64,000 nt of DNA from Adineta vaga. Lineage: Eukaryota > Animalia > Rotifera. Each line of letters opens with the position of its first letter. Position 1 is the stretch's first letter. A model generated the notes under the pieces. It saw only the letters and a list, made by a program, of their open reading frames with translations. It did no database searches and was not told the origin of the DNA. Location of the stretch: the NCBI GenBank assembly GCA_021613535.1, contig CP075493.1, positions 16,120,001 to 16,184,000 of the forward strand, written 5' to 3'. This document shows positions 24,590-38,540 of this stretch, in pieces. A program made the translations under genes and the position numbers.

Positions 24590-25460
24590 TTTTGATTGTT
24601 GCTGCCTTATTTACTCGTAACAGCCAGCACAACGTCTTCAGACATCGCGAGTAGAACCTTACTTCTCTTCGAGCTTGTGATCAACAAGTTTACGCTTCGT
24701 TTGGCCTACTGATTTTTGTGTTGGGTCCGGTTTGAACTTCTCGAATACCTTGCCAAGCAGTAAAGATCTGACAAGATTTTCACGAAACTGCAGAATGGTT
24801 ACTTTGCCTATCACATAGATTTCATTGTATATCAAATCGCTATTTACCAGTGTCGTCGCCAAAACTAATTCATATGCTGCCTTTCGGTAGCGCTTTATCG
24901 ATCGCCTGAGACACGTTTAATATGATGATAACTGATCAGATAAATCAGTACCTATTCTTCGTTCATTGTAATCGAGTACAACTTGTCGTTCCATGATGCG
25001 TTCATTTTTACTATTGATATTTTCAGGATTGACCAAAGTTGCTGAATGCGACGGACGTGTAGACATCATCAAGACGTCTTTCTTGTCTTTCCATTTGATC
25101 GATTTCACGCCGTTTTTGTTCTGTAGTCCATAAACTTTGCTGTTTGACCTGGCACGATTGCTTGTTAGTGTTCTAACAAACGATTCACCAGAGGAATGCC
25201 AGTAAAGGAGTTCTCCACTACCACTGTTTGAGCATGCCTAAGATCCGCCATGGAATATTGTTGATCAATGCAGATTATATAATCCTAGGTGTATCCATTA
25301 GTAGTCGCTAGCTTGTAAACTTTGACGCCGTACTTGTGCGCTTTCCTAGGAATATATTGTTTGAACGAAAGTTTGCCTTGCCATGGTACGATACTTTCAT
25401 CGATAGTGGCAACCAAACCAGGTATATACACTGTATTATCTTTTTCGACGAGTTCATGGT
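24590..25460 (-). pseudogene. Degenerate piggyBac transposase
   Basis: IDESIVPWQGKLSFKQYIPRKAHKYGVK, KWKDKKDVLMMST and DYN..GTDLSDQ spread over broken frames. Confidence 0.85.
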
Positions 25461-25963
25461 CTTCCGTAAATTCTTCGTCCAATTCTGATTCTATCTCGTC
25501 GTAAGATCTAAAAGAATGCAAAAAAAAGCTAGAGGAATTTTTCATATGTTACCAAAAATGACTCATTATGTGATGATTCAAAAAAGAAAACAATAGATAA
25601 TTGATGAAAGATGGATATTTCAACGAAATTTCCTGAAAAAATCTGAATCGTGATAAATGGATCAACCGCACCTGTTATCTTATTTTTTCTTATATTACCA
25701 TGTCTGATTCTCTCGTATATATCCAAGTGTATCGATTCAATGGAAAACTCTTGAATATTTCTTAGTGGATATTTTCTCTCGTTTATCCCTCCAATAGTCA
25801 CTTTCCTGATTTTTGCTTTACCCTCAGAGTTCGTCAGAAAAGAATGTAAAAAATCCATTTCTCGTCGATCAAACGCTGTTTATTCCTTTTCTCAATGACG
25901 ATTTTTGTCTTCTGTAAATACGAAAAATCCGTTCACGTGGTGGTGGGGGGGGGGGGTCTCCCC

Positions 25964-26530
25964 TTAAATTTATCCAACGTAAGAAATCCGTCACCTGATG
26001 CATCCAACCTACACATAAAGTTTTCAATTCTTATCCATAACTTCGAAAGACTCTTACATGTGAAATGAGTGGGTCAACATAATATCCAACTCATCATTGC
26101 TGATTGCAACGGCTGCTAAAATAAATTCACGGAAAGTTACGGTACCATCGTTATTTGTATCAAATGCACCAAATATTTCGCTAAAACAATCGATGATAGT
26201 ATCGAAAGAGATACGTCGAAGAACATACTCAGTTTTTACGCGATCTAGGCGATCATTTCCGAATAGTTTTCGAGCAAAATTATGAAATTCTTCCTTTGTC
26301 AATTTGCCATCGCCATCATCTACATTTACAAAATGCTGAGCAAAAGACAGCAATGAACTAACTGAAATCGTTCATGAATTCTCTTACTTCGTAACATGCG
26401 CGAATTTCTAAATAGCGAAAAACAAACATATCTAAATTTTAGAGGAGAAAAGTATTTGCACACTTTCTTGTACCTTCTTCACTCATATTTGAACTGGCTT
26501 TAAGTGCATCAAGTTCTAATACAATCCAAA
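25964..26530 (-). pseudogene. EF-hand neuronal-calcium-sensor-like gene, truncated
   Basis: EF loops DDGDGKLTKEEF, DTNNDGTVTFREF and DASGDGFLTLDKF in short spliced exons; ends at TTAA followed by an element-like terminus. Confidence 0.7.
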
Positions 26531-28495
26531 TGATTGCCACCAAAAGATTAGAGAAAATCAAACAAACCTGCATCAGTCAATTTTCGTTTGCTGCCTTTGT
26601 CACTCATAACTTCGTTGATTTGATAATGAAGGAAACCCTGAAGGAAAAAACAACGACATTTATAGAGGAAAAACAAGCAATCATTCTTTTCGAACACATA
26701 GGCAAATATGAAAAGTTTTAGATAAAAAAACAAATAAAAAACGTGATTGCATACGTCTTCTTCCTCAAATAGCGTCATTAGTCGAAAATTTCGTCGATTA
26801 ATCGAATACTACCGATGTATTTACTAGTGCGATGATGATAAAATCCAATCGTCAGGAACTGAAAATTGAGTACAGAACATGGTGTTTTTCGTACTTTGCA
26901 CCGAAAAACCTTGACGCGATAACGTGTTCAAAATTCGATGAGAAATTTTAGTAATATTTTTAGATATTCTTCGTATAAGAAATTAACTGATAATTTTGTC
27001 TAATATACTAAACGACAGAGCATTGAACGTGGAACAAAATTCACCTCACATTTTCGATTGCAAAAGAACTATTAGGAACGAATCCTGCAGAGTGTCCAAT
27101 GCTGTCGAGTACTCATTACGTGAAAAATATCACAACGGTATTCTCATCGGCAGAATATACAACCTTCATATGACTCCGTGAAATTTATGCTGAAGATTTC
27201 AGTATATACGCTAATTAGGACGGTAATCGTTACAGCTCATACACATAGTTTAGACAAGGTAGCGAAGTGTGACGATGAGTCATATTTACACTTTGTTTGA
27301 TGTAAAAGGAAGTAAAGTAATGTCTAAATATCATATTTTTCGATACAACTGATCGTCGTCAGTAGTTCTAAATGAACCAACTCGACTCTTTCTGTTTAAT
27401 GCATATTTATTAAAGACAATAGAATTCTTTAAAACTAAAATTATGAAGACGAAAGTTTATTTTTCTCCAATAAGAAAACTGATAAATTCGTTGTTCTTTT
27501 TACATCTAGAACAAAAATTCTTTTCAAAACAAAGAAAATCATCAGTATTTCATTCGCTTACCCTTCTATAAATTGTTCTTTGCTTATTTGTTTTGTTGGA
27601 TCAAGACCGCATTGTTCAAAAATCTGTTTACTAAATTTATTAATATCGACTTGCCTTCCCATTTCTGGACCCATTCGAATTGAGAGCTTTAAAAAGAACA
27701 GAATAATCTTCTGCTTTACTAAGCATAAAAAAATCATTTACTATTTTTTCTATAGAATCCTTAAGGAGACACCCCCCCCCCCCCTTTCCGACGTGTCTGC
27801 CGAACGACTGGATTATAATTTTTGAAAACTTAAGGGTAGATAGATCTCAGGTAGCACAGCAAAAGCCGCCCTAAACCTCCCCTTCCCGCAAAGCTACACA
27901 TTTCGTCCGTTTGATCTGAAACTTTCGATACAGGTAGGAGAGTTCAATCAGGGAGGATGATACTACCAAGCGACATTTTCTCTCGAGACCCAAGTCAAAG
28001 CCAAAACTGACTCCATGTCTTATTCTCATCTACACCCGTACTCTCAAGATTTCGGTTTAATGTCAGTTGATCCAAATAGATAAAGTTGAAGGATGATTGT
28101 CGTCGTCGAAGTCAGCAGTTACATATAGATTAGTTTCGATAAGTGTTCGATTAAAAATGAAGTTTCTACTTCGTTGGAAAGACATTTAACCCTAGATACT
28201 CCCAGGCCTATTTTTAGTGATAAAAATAGAATGTATTTTGAGAACGATATTATTTTTCTCTTTTCAACAAGTATGTGATTAAAACTGAATTATTTCTAAG
28301 TATCAGTCAATCAAAAATGACTTAACTAATAAATTTTGTTTATTTAGAACAATTAATACAAAAAACGCGTTTCACACTATGTTGTTCGCATACGAGCTCT
28401 GAACATCGCTTTCGCTTAGAGTGTGCAGAATATGTGATAGATGTTTCTAATTCCGTTTCAATGCGTGGATAACCAAACAGAGCTAGCGCATTTTC

Positions 28496-28892
28496 AGTGG
28501 TGTCAAACTCCAAAGTTGAATTCAGTTATTCAACTATTACTTCAGTTATTCAGTTATTAACGGATTTCAGTTTTCAGTTAGACCAATCGCAAATCACTGT
28601 CACGGAAAAGATCTGTTATAACACCCCCTCGATTTGAGGCGTTATAGCGGTTTTAGAGCAGCTGCAAACTTCCCCATTACAATCATTTTACAAAACATAT
28701 GAATAGCCGGTAACCGACATAACGAATTTGATCAACTTTATACTTTACTTTCATAATAGTGGCAATGCCCCTTATACCCGATGTCACAATAATCCTCTTA
28801 TCACCTTTCGAGGCACCATCAGTGCGATGGAAAGTTGAATACTTGAATAACTGAATAGCTGAAGTAATAGTTAAATACCTGAATTCAACTTT
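28496..28892. repeat. MITE-like remnant with about 45-bp inverted repeats
   Basis: AAAGTTGAATTCAGTTATTCAACTATTACTTCAGTTATTCAGTTATT (about 28512-28558) inverted at about 28847-28892; hAT-like CAGTGGTGTCAAAC left end. Confidence 0.55.
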
Positions 28893-29349
28893 CCGGCGTT
28901 ATATTTATATTTAAAAAATTTTCTTTCATCTATATTTATCTTAAAGTACGATAAAACAACAAATCAAATCTATATTTCATATTAAAATATAAACGAATTA
29001 CAAAATTATTGTATCGTTTTGGGAAAAAAATATTTTCGAAATATTGCTAATATAATCATTAGATTCTTACTCGAGAATTGAATAGTCTGAAAGACATAAA
29101 ACAGAGTTAATTCACATAGTACTTTTAAAATTTACCGAATTTTCATTTATATTCTCTAGAATCTGAAACCTCAAGAATCCGTCGTTTTCCTATATGCATG
29201 AAACCTATGTATTATTTCGGTAGTAAAAATATTGTTTTATAATTGTGTCTATTATTATCGATGTTTTTTATTTGAATGAATCACTCGACGAATGCAAAGA
29301 ATATATTCACCTTTGAATAAAGTTAAAATTAATTTTAAATGAGTTTTTA

Positions 29350-31200
29350 TTCAGATTATAGAATCAATAAGATATATCTCACAAATAATTCAACCATATC
29401 TTTTTAATTTCGTTTTTATTGAATTAATGATGTTGTTTTTTTTTGATAAAAATTTAATTGATACTCAAATAAATTAGAAATTAAGATTTAATAACATTAC
29501 ATTCTCAAACAATAACAATATCTTCTATAAATGAAAATCATTTTAAACAACTTTTAATCGATTGCAAAGAAACACTTTCATGTCCATGTACAAAAATAAA
29601 TGTAACACATGAATTTTATTTGTAATATAAAATTTCATTCAATTTGTTCAAGTATTTATATAAGTAAAGAATGGATTGAATCATTATATTTAATTAATGG
29701 AAGTGATTGTATACCATCAGATTTTCGTGTAACAGAAAAATCTCAAGTAATTTATTAATTTTATTTAAATTTCATTGATTTTTCATAATGTAGTTTCAAC
29801 TTTTATCTGATCTTTGTTTAATGTCAAAAAATATCGTTTATAAAAATAATGATGAATTTATAAGAATTTATTTAATTTCTGAAGAAGAACTTCAATCAAA
29901 AGTGAATATTTCTATAAATACAATTAAAAATAGTATATCAACACAAATTATATAATTTCTTAACTAATGCTCAATTTCAAGTAAATAGATAATTAAAATT
30001 AAAAATATTCGTTTTTTTTTCTATTATAAATTGTTAGGAAATTCAGTATATGATTTATCAATTGCAATCTCAATATACTCCAGATATGGGTGTTGATGTG
30101 TAGTAGTCAAAATCCAATTACTCCAACAGGATTTTTTCCTCAATTAAATACAACAGGTATTTTTGAACGAGCTGGATGGGCTGATCCAAAAATAAATTCA
30201 ACACTTGTTGATGGATTTTTTCGAGCATGAACATCACTCAAAGCTCTTTTACTAAGTAAACTTGATTGTTTATATTCAATTCAATGTATTTATTTACTCA
30301 TGAATTATTTTCTTGATCTTTTTATAGAGGAATGGTTAACAGAAGTAAATTATTCGAGATATTTTAATGAATGTTCTCCATTATCATGTTCATATACAAT
30401 AACAGATCAAAGAAATATTTCATATGCATTAACGATGTTTATTAGGTTATATGGTGATGGTCTTATTATTATACTTCGTTTAATTGCACTATTATTAATT
30501 CAATTTTTATGGAAATTTAAGGAATATTTAACAATTTTTCAAACTATTCTTAAAATCAATAAAACGATTAAATTCATAGAAAAATCTTGAGAAAAGATCA
30601 GAAGAAAATATAAAACATCAACGAATGATAACTCGTCTTTATTTATTTTTCTTATCAGATTTAGTTTTAATTCTTCTTCTATTTATTTCATTAGAAAGTG
30701 AAATAATTACAATAATTCTATCAAAATCCATCATTAAATACTTATTATAATGATTTACAAAAGACGTATATACAAACACTTCGATGTTCTTGTTCACAAA
30801 CAACAATATCTTATTAAAAACTTTTAACATTATCACCAATTTTACATGAAATATGTTCAAGTGATTTTATAATTAATGAATGGCTTTTAATATTACAACA
30901 ATTATCTGATTATAATGGTGAAGATTGGCGAAATCGTGCTTATCCTCAATTTCAACTTTTATCTAATTTATGTAAATTAACTCAAAATACAATTGATGAT
31001 GCAATTCAACGTTTTCTTTTTCAATCTTTTTTATTTCAAGTATTATTATACAAGTTGATCAATATTTTATGGGAAAAAGAAAAACATCATGGAGTGCTAC
31101 TCTTGATAATTTGTTAACATCAAATAATCAATCACTTCAAGTAGATTTTTATAAAATAAATCTTTTTTCTATATTAATTCTTTGTTTTTTCTTTAGGTTG
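29350..31200 (+). pseudogene. Heavily degraded Cys-motif multi-transmembrane protein gene with internal repeat
   Basis: Twice-repeated TL(S/R)C(P/S)C..CSS.FI..EW..D(F/W)R..FQLLS.LC pattern; YFNECSPLSCSY followed by a TM segment; many stops. Confidence 0.5.
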
Positions 31201-32218
31201 TTTTTAATTCATTTGGAACTCGTTATGTAAAGGACGGGGGCGTATAATGGCCTATTTTCGCCCCTTTTGAATTTTCAATCTGACCCGGCTTTTTTACTCG
31301 GTGGAATGCAAGATTAGAAGATTCTGATCGTTCTGATGCTAAATTTGAGGTATATTAGTGGATTTCTGGTGTACTTGCTGTCTATCCTTTTCATATGGTA
31401 AATAGCTGGATTAGGCGCTTTCAGCATTGTACATTGTTAGTACTATATTATAAGAAAAATATTAGAGGGATACAACGAATTTGGATTATACTGATAGGCC
31501 TTTGTTCAGCTACATTTTCGTAGTAGATAAAGATAGTTAAAAGAATAATTTCTGTGCTCTATGATTACTACAATTGCTATCTTTGTTTAGGAGAAAGTGC
31601 AGTAGAAAATATAGAAGTAAAAAAAGAGATAACTGCAGCAAAAATCATTTTATTTCAATTCAGAAAAAAAAGAAAGGACTCAAGCTTTCGTATACAAGAA
31701 CACGTATACATCTTCAGGAGTTACAATATTGTGAGATTAAATTAAAATTACAAGTGGAAATATGTTGTTGTTGATATTAAAGAGTCATTCGTATGTTACG
31801 TATTACAATTGTTTACCATTATTAAATAGATAAACATTAATGCAAAGTAAGTATCATAATTGACATAATGATGTGACAAAGAACAAATCTATTAAGAATA
31901 GATTCACATAGAATTACGAAATTTATCAATCCAACGAGTGTGATCGAGAATCATAAGTAACAATATATAAGTTGTGACAGGAGTAAGCAAAATATGATGA
32001 GGAAATGTTATTTATAAAATAAACACATTATGACTCACAAGTAAACAATATAGATTTGAAGAAATACAAGTAAAAGTTAAGACACATAAGTATGTGTAAT
32101 TCATAGAATGTATAAGGAAATTATGTTTTACAATAAATGGAATAAGGACAACAGAACTTACACACGTCTTCAATGAGAAAATATAAACTAATACAACAAA
32201 AACGTAGTGGAAACCATC

Positions 32219-32298
32219 TTGAGGGTGTGGGTGAGGGGTGTGGGTGTGGGTGTGGGTTAAGAGTATAGTCTGACTCACACCCACACCCACACCCTCAA
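32219..32298. repeat. Head-to-head telomeric-repeat hairpin
   Basis: TTGAGGGTGTGGG..(TGTGGG)3 TTAAGAGTATAGTCTGACT (CACACC)n CTCAA. Confidence 0.85.
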
Positions 32299-32926
32299 AA
32301 TAATGCCACAAAAATATTTGGAAAGAAAAATATAAAATTCTATTTCATTATCTCGTTCCTACTGTGTACTCGACATATGAAAAAAATGGAAACTTGAATA
32401 GCCATCCAATGAAATGAGAAGGAGAATCCTTTAGTATTGGTAAAAAAAACACTAAAAAGAGAAGCAAATGTTTATATACGCTAAATAACCCAAGAGATAT
32501 ATTTATACTTATACAGAATAAACATACATGAAAATCACTAAATTAAAGCTATTGTCTAGCAAAATCGAATCGCCTCGAAAGGGTTAAAGAACTTATCACG
32601 AGCAGTCCTAGGTATATTTGATGATGAAGATGAAGCATTTTCTCCTTGTTCCATATTAAAAGATAACTTTATGTCGTTTAATTGTTTATGATTTAATTAT
32701 GAAAGAAAACAAAGAAATCAACATACTTCGATTAAAAAAACCATTGGTGGGACAAAATGACCAATGGAAACAGAAAAGGACCGTAATATTTCCGAAATAT
32801 TTTATTTTATTTCAAGCCGAATTCAGTTTGTGAAAATAGATTTTGTTTTTGATTATATTTTTCTACTATATTTCAAATTAGAAATCAAAACTGAAGTGTA
32901 TAAAAAATTCATATCCTACAAGTTTT

Positions 32927-33052
32927 TGGACTTGACTTGACTCGATATTTAGAGCCAAGTCACAAGTCAACGTCTACCCAAAAATTTTCCAAGTCAAGTC
33001 TGACTTGCCTTGACTTGATTCAAGTCAAAAATGACTCGACTTGTCCATCTCT
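32927..33052 (-). repeat. hAT-like element end with GACTT/AAGTC pentamer array
   Basis: Many GACTT and AAGTC copies ending in CATCTCTG (CAGAGATG terminus); partner end not found. Confidence 0.5.
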
Positions 33053-33642
33053 GTATCTATTTCATTTTACAACACTCTATGAGCACCTCAGTACTTAATT
33101 AGCAATTTTGGGTACTGAATGCCAGCACGTAGCCGCTTGTTACAAACGCGTTTTATTTTTAACCGCGTTCACCCATGTTCAAAATTCTTTTTTAAACGTG
33201 TGTAACCATAATTCCGTTCAAAATTGCGTCCAACCGTATGTTGGCGCAGTTTCATTTGAAATCGCGTCCAGATGCAGTTTATGTCAAAACCACGATTGAA
33301 CACCGGTATTCTGCATTTTATGTCTACATAGGCAAGGATATAGTAATAAGAGTATACGTATAAGAGTATATTAATCAGGATTTAAGCATAAGAGCCTAAT
33401 AAAAACCGGTACTTCAAGTCATTTGCATGCATGACGTTCTTTATACATTGTAATGAAGGGGTGGGTACTATAATCATTTCTAACCCGCTCACACCCATCC
33501 ACCCGAAAACGTCAAACAACATTTTGTACCATATCAAATAAAATGAATATAAATTGATCAAGAATATTTTCCAGAAGCGTCGTCAAAATCAAATGATGAT
33601 GCATATCATCAGTGATTCTCTTTTTGATAAGTAGGATAATGT

Positions 33643-34010
33643 TTATTTAGATTTGTTTGAAAAGTATTGTCGTATATTAAATATATATCTTTTTTTTAAA
33701 ATAATAAAGGTATTTTTATAAGTTTTTGATGGTAATATAAAAACAAAAAGAACACATATTGATGGAACAAATGAGACAAAATAGCCAATTAGATAAAACC
33801 ATGGATGTCGTCCTGATTTCATACATATAAAAAGAAACGCAATCAATAAACGAGGAAGAGTCAATAACACAAGTATTAAAGGACTAATTATCATATGTTT
33901 ATGTTTAGAAAATTGCTTATGTAGTTGATTAACGTACGATTGATGGGTGTTAAAAATTAATCGTCTACGTGTTGTTATTATTATAATTACAAAAGCAGAT
34001 ATTAAATTCA
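33643..34010 (-). pseudogene. C-terminal TM6-TM7 fragment of a GPCR-like membrane protein
   Basis: Hydrophobic helices SPLILVLLTLPRLL and YFVSFVPS..FVFILPSKTYK; upstream part missing. Confidence 0.55.
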
Positions 34011-34300
34011 TGGGATGGTAATCTCCAGTTTCCAGGAAACTCAAATAAAATGAATTTCCAGGATATTTAATTTGTACTTACGGGTTGAATTGGGAAACTC
34101 ATTTGGGCATGGAAATAGTACTATATATTCATATGATATATTATTCAATCATGGGTTGGGTTGGGTTGGGTTGGGTCGGGTTGGGTCGGGTACTTGGGTA
34201 TTGGAAACTCATTTTCATATGAATATAGTCTTATATGTACATATATATCATACTCAGTTTTTTGTTTGAACTCTTTTTTGGAATGTACAAAATTAATGTA

Positions 34301-35451
34301 CAGTGCTGGCCAAAATTATAAGAACAGCATATTCCATATAATTGTTTGCTCCCTTTCGCGTACGTAACACGTAAGTTATTTAAAATCCTTTTGTGCTTTT
34401 ATACGTTGAGGTATGCCCTATCCGAATATGAAATTAAAAACTTTGATTATGATTGAAGAGTTCGAGGGAACATATACTTTCTTGAAAAAGTTGATTTTCT
34501 CCTGGCCAAATTATAAAAACAAATTCATAACTTCATCTATTCTATCCAAATTCACGACTGTTTCGAATCGAAAAAAATATAGATAGACGTAACTGTTAAT
34601 GCTGAACATTTCCATAAAAACAGTTATGGAAAATAGTCAAACGCAGAATTTATAGGCGTGCCTCATTTTTAAGCTAAAATGACTGAAAAATGGGAGTAAC
34701 ATCGATTAATCTGGTTCTCATACCAGAAATACAATAGATATCGAAATTTAAACGATAGATTTGAATAGAGCATCACTTTCTGCACTAGAAAAAATATTGA
34801 TTAGATCCGCATCTCTTTCTATTGTCTAGATATAGCCATCGACACTCTGAATTTAAGAAAAATTGCGTTTTTTGGCTTATTGTTCATGCAAAATGGAGAA
34901 ATGAATTCATTCGTAGATGCAGCTGGTTGGTAGAAAAATATGTAAATCTACCCAATATTTTTTCTAGTGCAGAAAGTGATGCTCTATTCAAATCTATCGT
35001 TTAAATTTCGATATCTATTGTATTTCTGGTATGAGAACCAGATTAATCGATGTTACTCCCATTTTTCAGTCATTTTAGCTTAAAAATGAGGCACGCCTAT
35101 AAATTCTGCGTTTGACTATTTTCCATAACTGTTTTTATGGAAATGTTCAGCATTAACAGTTACGTCTATCTATATTTTTTTCGATTCGAAACAGTCGTGA
35201 ATTTGGATAGAATAGATGAAGTTATGAATTTGTTTTTATAATTTGGCCAGGAGAAAATCAACTTTTTCAAGAAAGTATATGTTCCCTCGAACTCTTCAAT
35301 CATAATCAAAGTTTTTAATTTCATATTCGGATAGGGCATACCTCAACGTATAAAAGCACAAAAGGATTTTAAATAACTTACGTGTTACGTACGCGAAAGG
35401 GAGCAAACAATTATATGGAATATGCTGTTCTTATAATTTTGGCCAGCACTG
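34301..35451. mobile_element. Non-autonomous Tc1-family foldback element, 1151 bp
   Basis: Near-perfect TIRs of about 500 bp starting CAGTGCTGGCCAAAA; spacer of about 150 bp; TA on both sides. Confidence 0.93.
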
Positions 35452-36149
35452 TATGTGTATGCACTGTTCAATGTAATGTAGTTAGCTGAACTCACAGTCA
35501 ATAGAAAAAAAATATAGGTTTTCGTTTATAAACATGAAAATATGACCAAATAGTCTTCACAAACACAAGACTCAATTAGAATTTCACCATATCGTTTTAT
35601 TATACCAGTATGACTATGTATTTGATAATAAATAAAAGGAGTACCCTTGACTTCGTAAGAATCTGTCGACATCTAGCGTATGAGTACAATTGTTAGCATT
35701 GCTAGAAAATATTTACATCTATTAGATAAAGACTTACTGTGAGTAGAGTAACATCATTTGGATCTATTTTTCATTTAAATAAAATATTTCTAATGATATT
35801 GATAGAGAAAAGGCTAGTTCTGCAATTGGCTTACCAGAGAGGTCAATTACATTTATTTACATATGGACGTCGATTATGACTCGGCATTTTGAAAAAAATA
35901 TAATAACTTTTTCTAGACATTTTTTTGTTGATCATTATTAAAAGTGTTGAATATTTAAAAAATGTTTTTTTTCTTTAATTAAATAAATTAGATGAAAAAA
36001 TTCAATGAGCTCACAGAGCGCTGTAGCAAACTTTATATGGATAATTTGGATAAATGTCTTCAAATCAAACCTGATATGAATGATATTTTCGTGGATGGAA
36101 ATGAATATACACCAGGATTAGCTGAATGGACACGTTCAGCGTTGTTTAA

Positions 36150-38540
36150 CCCTTTGACTTCCCTGGTATAAAAAAAGCTACACCTGTTTTTTTAATATTT
36201 CTCATAGTGTAATTCATAAAAATTAGTACATAATCTTTTGAAAGGATGTAACAGAAAGTGTTCTAGGATTTTTTTCGAAGTACCTGTGCCATATACACCG
36301 CCTTCACATAGCGGTATTTGCGATCTTAACACAAGCTAGTGTCGCGAAGTATTTGGATCAGTTGATGCCGTATATCAGTTTTACGCGTTCTTCTATATCT
36401 TTGATTTTCCTTTTCTAATGACGTAATTTGTACTCATCTACCTTCTATGTTCTGCTATTCTTCTATGATATTATATATGTATTCTTTCATGACGTCATGT
36501 TCTCTGTTGGATCTTCCTAGAACGTAATGTTCGAAATCTATATATAGTTACTGATTTTCTGCTATAATACATCTATATTTATCTCATACAATTAGTTTTA
36601 ACTGTTTCCATTTGATCGAACGTAATTCTAATATACAACAAGCACAACATGGATACTGATCAAGAAAGTAATGCAAGTGACTTACCTTTTGCTGATGAAA
36701 GCGGTTTTTATGAGGAAAATGAAAGTGATCTTGAAATAGATGAAGAAGACGTTATTGAAGATGAAAACGAAGAAGAAGATGATGATACTGAAAACAAAAT
36801 GGAAGAAGAACTTGAGTGGATTTGGAGTGAAAAATTTATACAAGACACAATTTTTTCTGTAAATGAAGTCAAAGGACACACAACAATAAATTTTACCAAT
36901 AACATCAAACCGATTGACATCTTCCACAAGTTCTTCACACAAGATGTTTATAATTTGATGATAAAACAAACAAATATTTATGGAAAGAAAAAATGGTTGG
37001 CACAAGAACAACCAAGTAATTGGCAAGAAGTTAGTGAAAGTACTATTCGTGCTTTTCTCGGTATATTGATAATCATGGGTCTACATCGATTACCTCGAAT
37101 AAATGATTACTGGTGTAGGAATAAAATATTTTATACAGAAATTATTTCGAATACTATGCCAAGAAAAGAATTTTATCGAATATTTACTTCATTTCATTTA
37201 TCAGACAATACAAAACAAAAACAATTTGCAAAAAGTTCAAAAAAGTTCAAATTATTCAAAGTTTTCGACTTCATACATTTACTCAAGACGAACTTTCAAG
37301 TGAACTTTATTTTGGGAACCAACATTTGCATCGACGAAAGTATGATCAAATTTAAAGGTAAAAGCTCTTTGAAACAATATTTACCTTTAAAACCGATCAA
37401 GAGAGGATACAAGGTGTGGTGTTTAGCAGATTCTTTGACAGGATATCTTTATAATTTCGACATTTATACCGGTAAACAAGAAACTAGACAAGGAGCATTA
37501 GGTGAAAGTGTTGTTTTACAGCTTATTAACAACTTGAATTTAGTGAATCACCAGCTATTTTTTGATAACTTTTTTACATCTATTCCTCTGCTGCTACAAC
37601 TAAAACAGAAGAAAATTGGAGCAACTGGAACGATAAGAACTAATAGAAAGTTATTTCCTACAGAACTTTTACTAAAAGAGAAACTGAAAAGAGGAGAATA
37701 TAAATACTGCTCTTACAACCAAATATCTGTGGTCAAATGGCAGGACAGGAAGCCGGTGTTTGTTGCAACTAATTCCTTTGATCCAAGAGAAACAGAAACA
37801 ATTTTTAGAGGAGAAAAAGATGGCTCAAAACAACGCATTATTTGTCCACAAATGATATCTAAATACAACAAATTTATGGGTGGTGTAGATTCATTCGATC
37901 AACGCATTTCTTGTTATTCGATTGACAGAAAATCTAAGCGAAATTGGTTTCGTATATTTATTTACTTCCTTCAAGCAAGTCTTTCGAATGCGTTGATTTG
38001 TTATAACGATCTCAATGAACAACATATGGATTATATTGACTTCCTCTCTTCTATTTCAATGTCGCTAATTGGTGATGTTAGTACAAGAAAAAGAAAAGGT
38101 AGACCTGTTCACTTTTCTGCTCAAAAGCTAAGACGAATTCAAATGACAACGAAGAACAAATCTTTATCAACTCAATTATTAGCACATATGCCTGTAGCTG
38201 GACCTAAAGGAAGGTGTGGATATTGCAGTACTAAAGCTCGACCGATATTTAGTAACATAAAATGCAGTTTTTGTGGTATTTCTTTATGTGTAAAACAGCA
38301 TAAAAATTGTTTTTTGTTATTTCATGAAAACACTGCATAAGTTTTACAATTAATAAACTTCAACAGTTAAAATTTCCGTTCAGCCTAGTAGAGTTCAATG
38401 TGACTTATATTGCGCAAATCGATTAATCACCTGTGATAACACATCAGATATATCTAACATATACTGTTATGTCTAGAGGAAGCTAATTCAGTGATTTACT
38501 TGAATGCAATCCAACAAAAAATAATTCGGAAGTCAAAGGG
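36150..38540 (+). mobile_element. Full-length piggyBac transposon, 2391 bp
   Basis: TTAA|CCCTTTGACTTCC ... GGAAGTCAAAGGG|TTAA (13-bp TIR, TTAA TSD). Confidence 0.97.
36649..38340 (+). CDS. piggyBac transposase, intact
   Basis: 563 aa; acidic N-terminus; IDES, DNFFTS and GGVDSFDQ triad; C-terminal Cys-rich domain. Confidence 0.96.
   Translation: MDTDQESNASDLPFADESGFYEENESDLEIDEEDVIEDENEEEDDDTENKMEEELEWIWSEKFIQDTIFSVNEVKGHTTINFTNNIKPIDIFHKFFTQDVYNLMIKQTNIYGKKKWLAQEQPSNWQEVSESTIRAFLGILIIMGLHRLPRINDYWCRNKIFYTEIISNTMPRKEFYRIFTSFHLSDNTKQKQFAKSSKKFKLFKVFDFIHLLKTNFQVNFILGTNICIDESMIKFKGKSSLKQYLPLKPIKRGYKVWCLADSLTGYLYNFDIYTGKQETRQGALGESVVLQLINNLNLVNHQLFFDNFFTSIPLLLQLKQKKIGATGTIRTNRKLFPTELLLKEKLKRGEYKYCSYNQISVVKWQDRKPVFVATNSFDPRETETIFRGEKDGSKQRIICPQMISKYNKFMGGVDSFDQRISCYSIDRKSKRNWFRIFIYFLQASLSNALICYNDLNEQHMDYIDFLSSISMSLIGDVSTRKRKGRPVHFSAQKLRRIQMTTKNKSLSTQLLAHMPVAGPKGRCGYCSTKARPIFSNIKCSFCGISLCVKQHKNCFLLFHENTA

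Noticed and set aside
32012-32311. ORFs with GVGVGV/HTHTH runs (also 2877-3071, 4697-5041)
   Set aside because: Translations of telomeric hexamers
34152-34191. (GGGTT)n tract as a telomeric repeat
   Set aside because: Pentamer differs from the hexamer seen elsewhere; more likely a TE subterminal repeat
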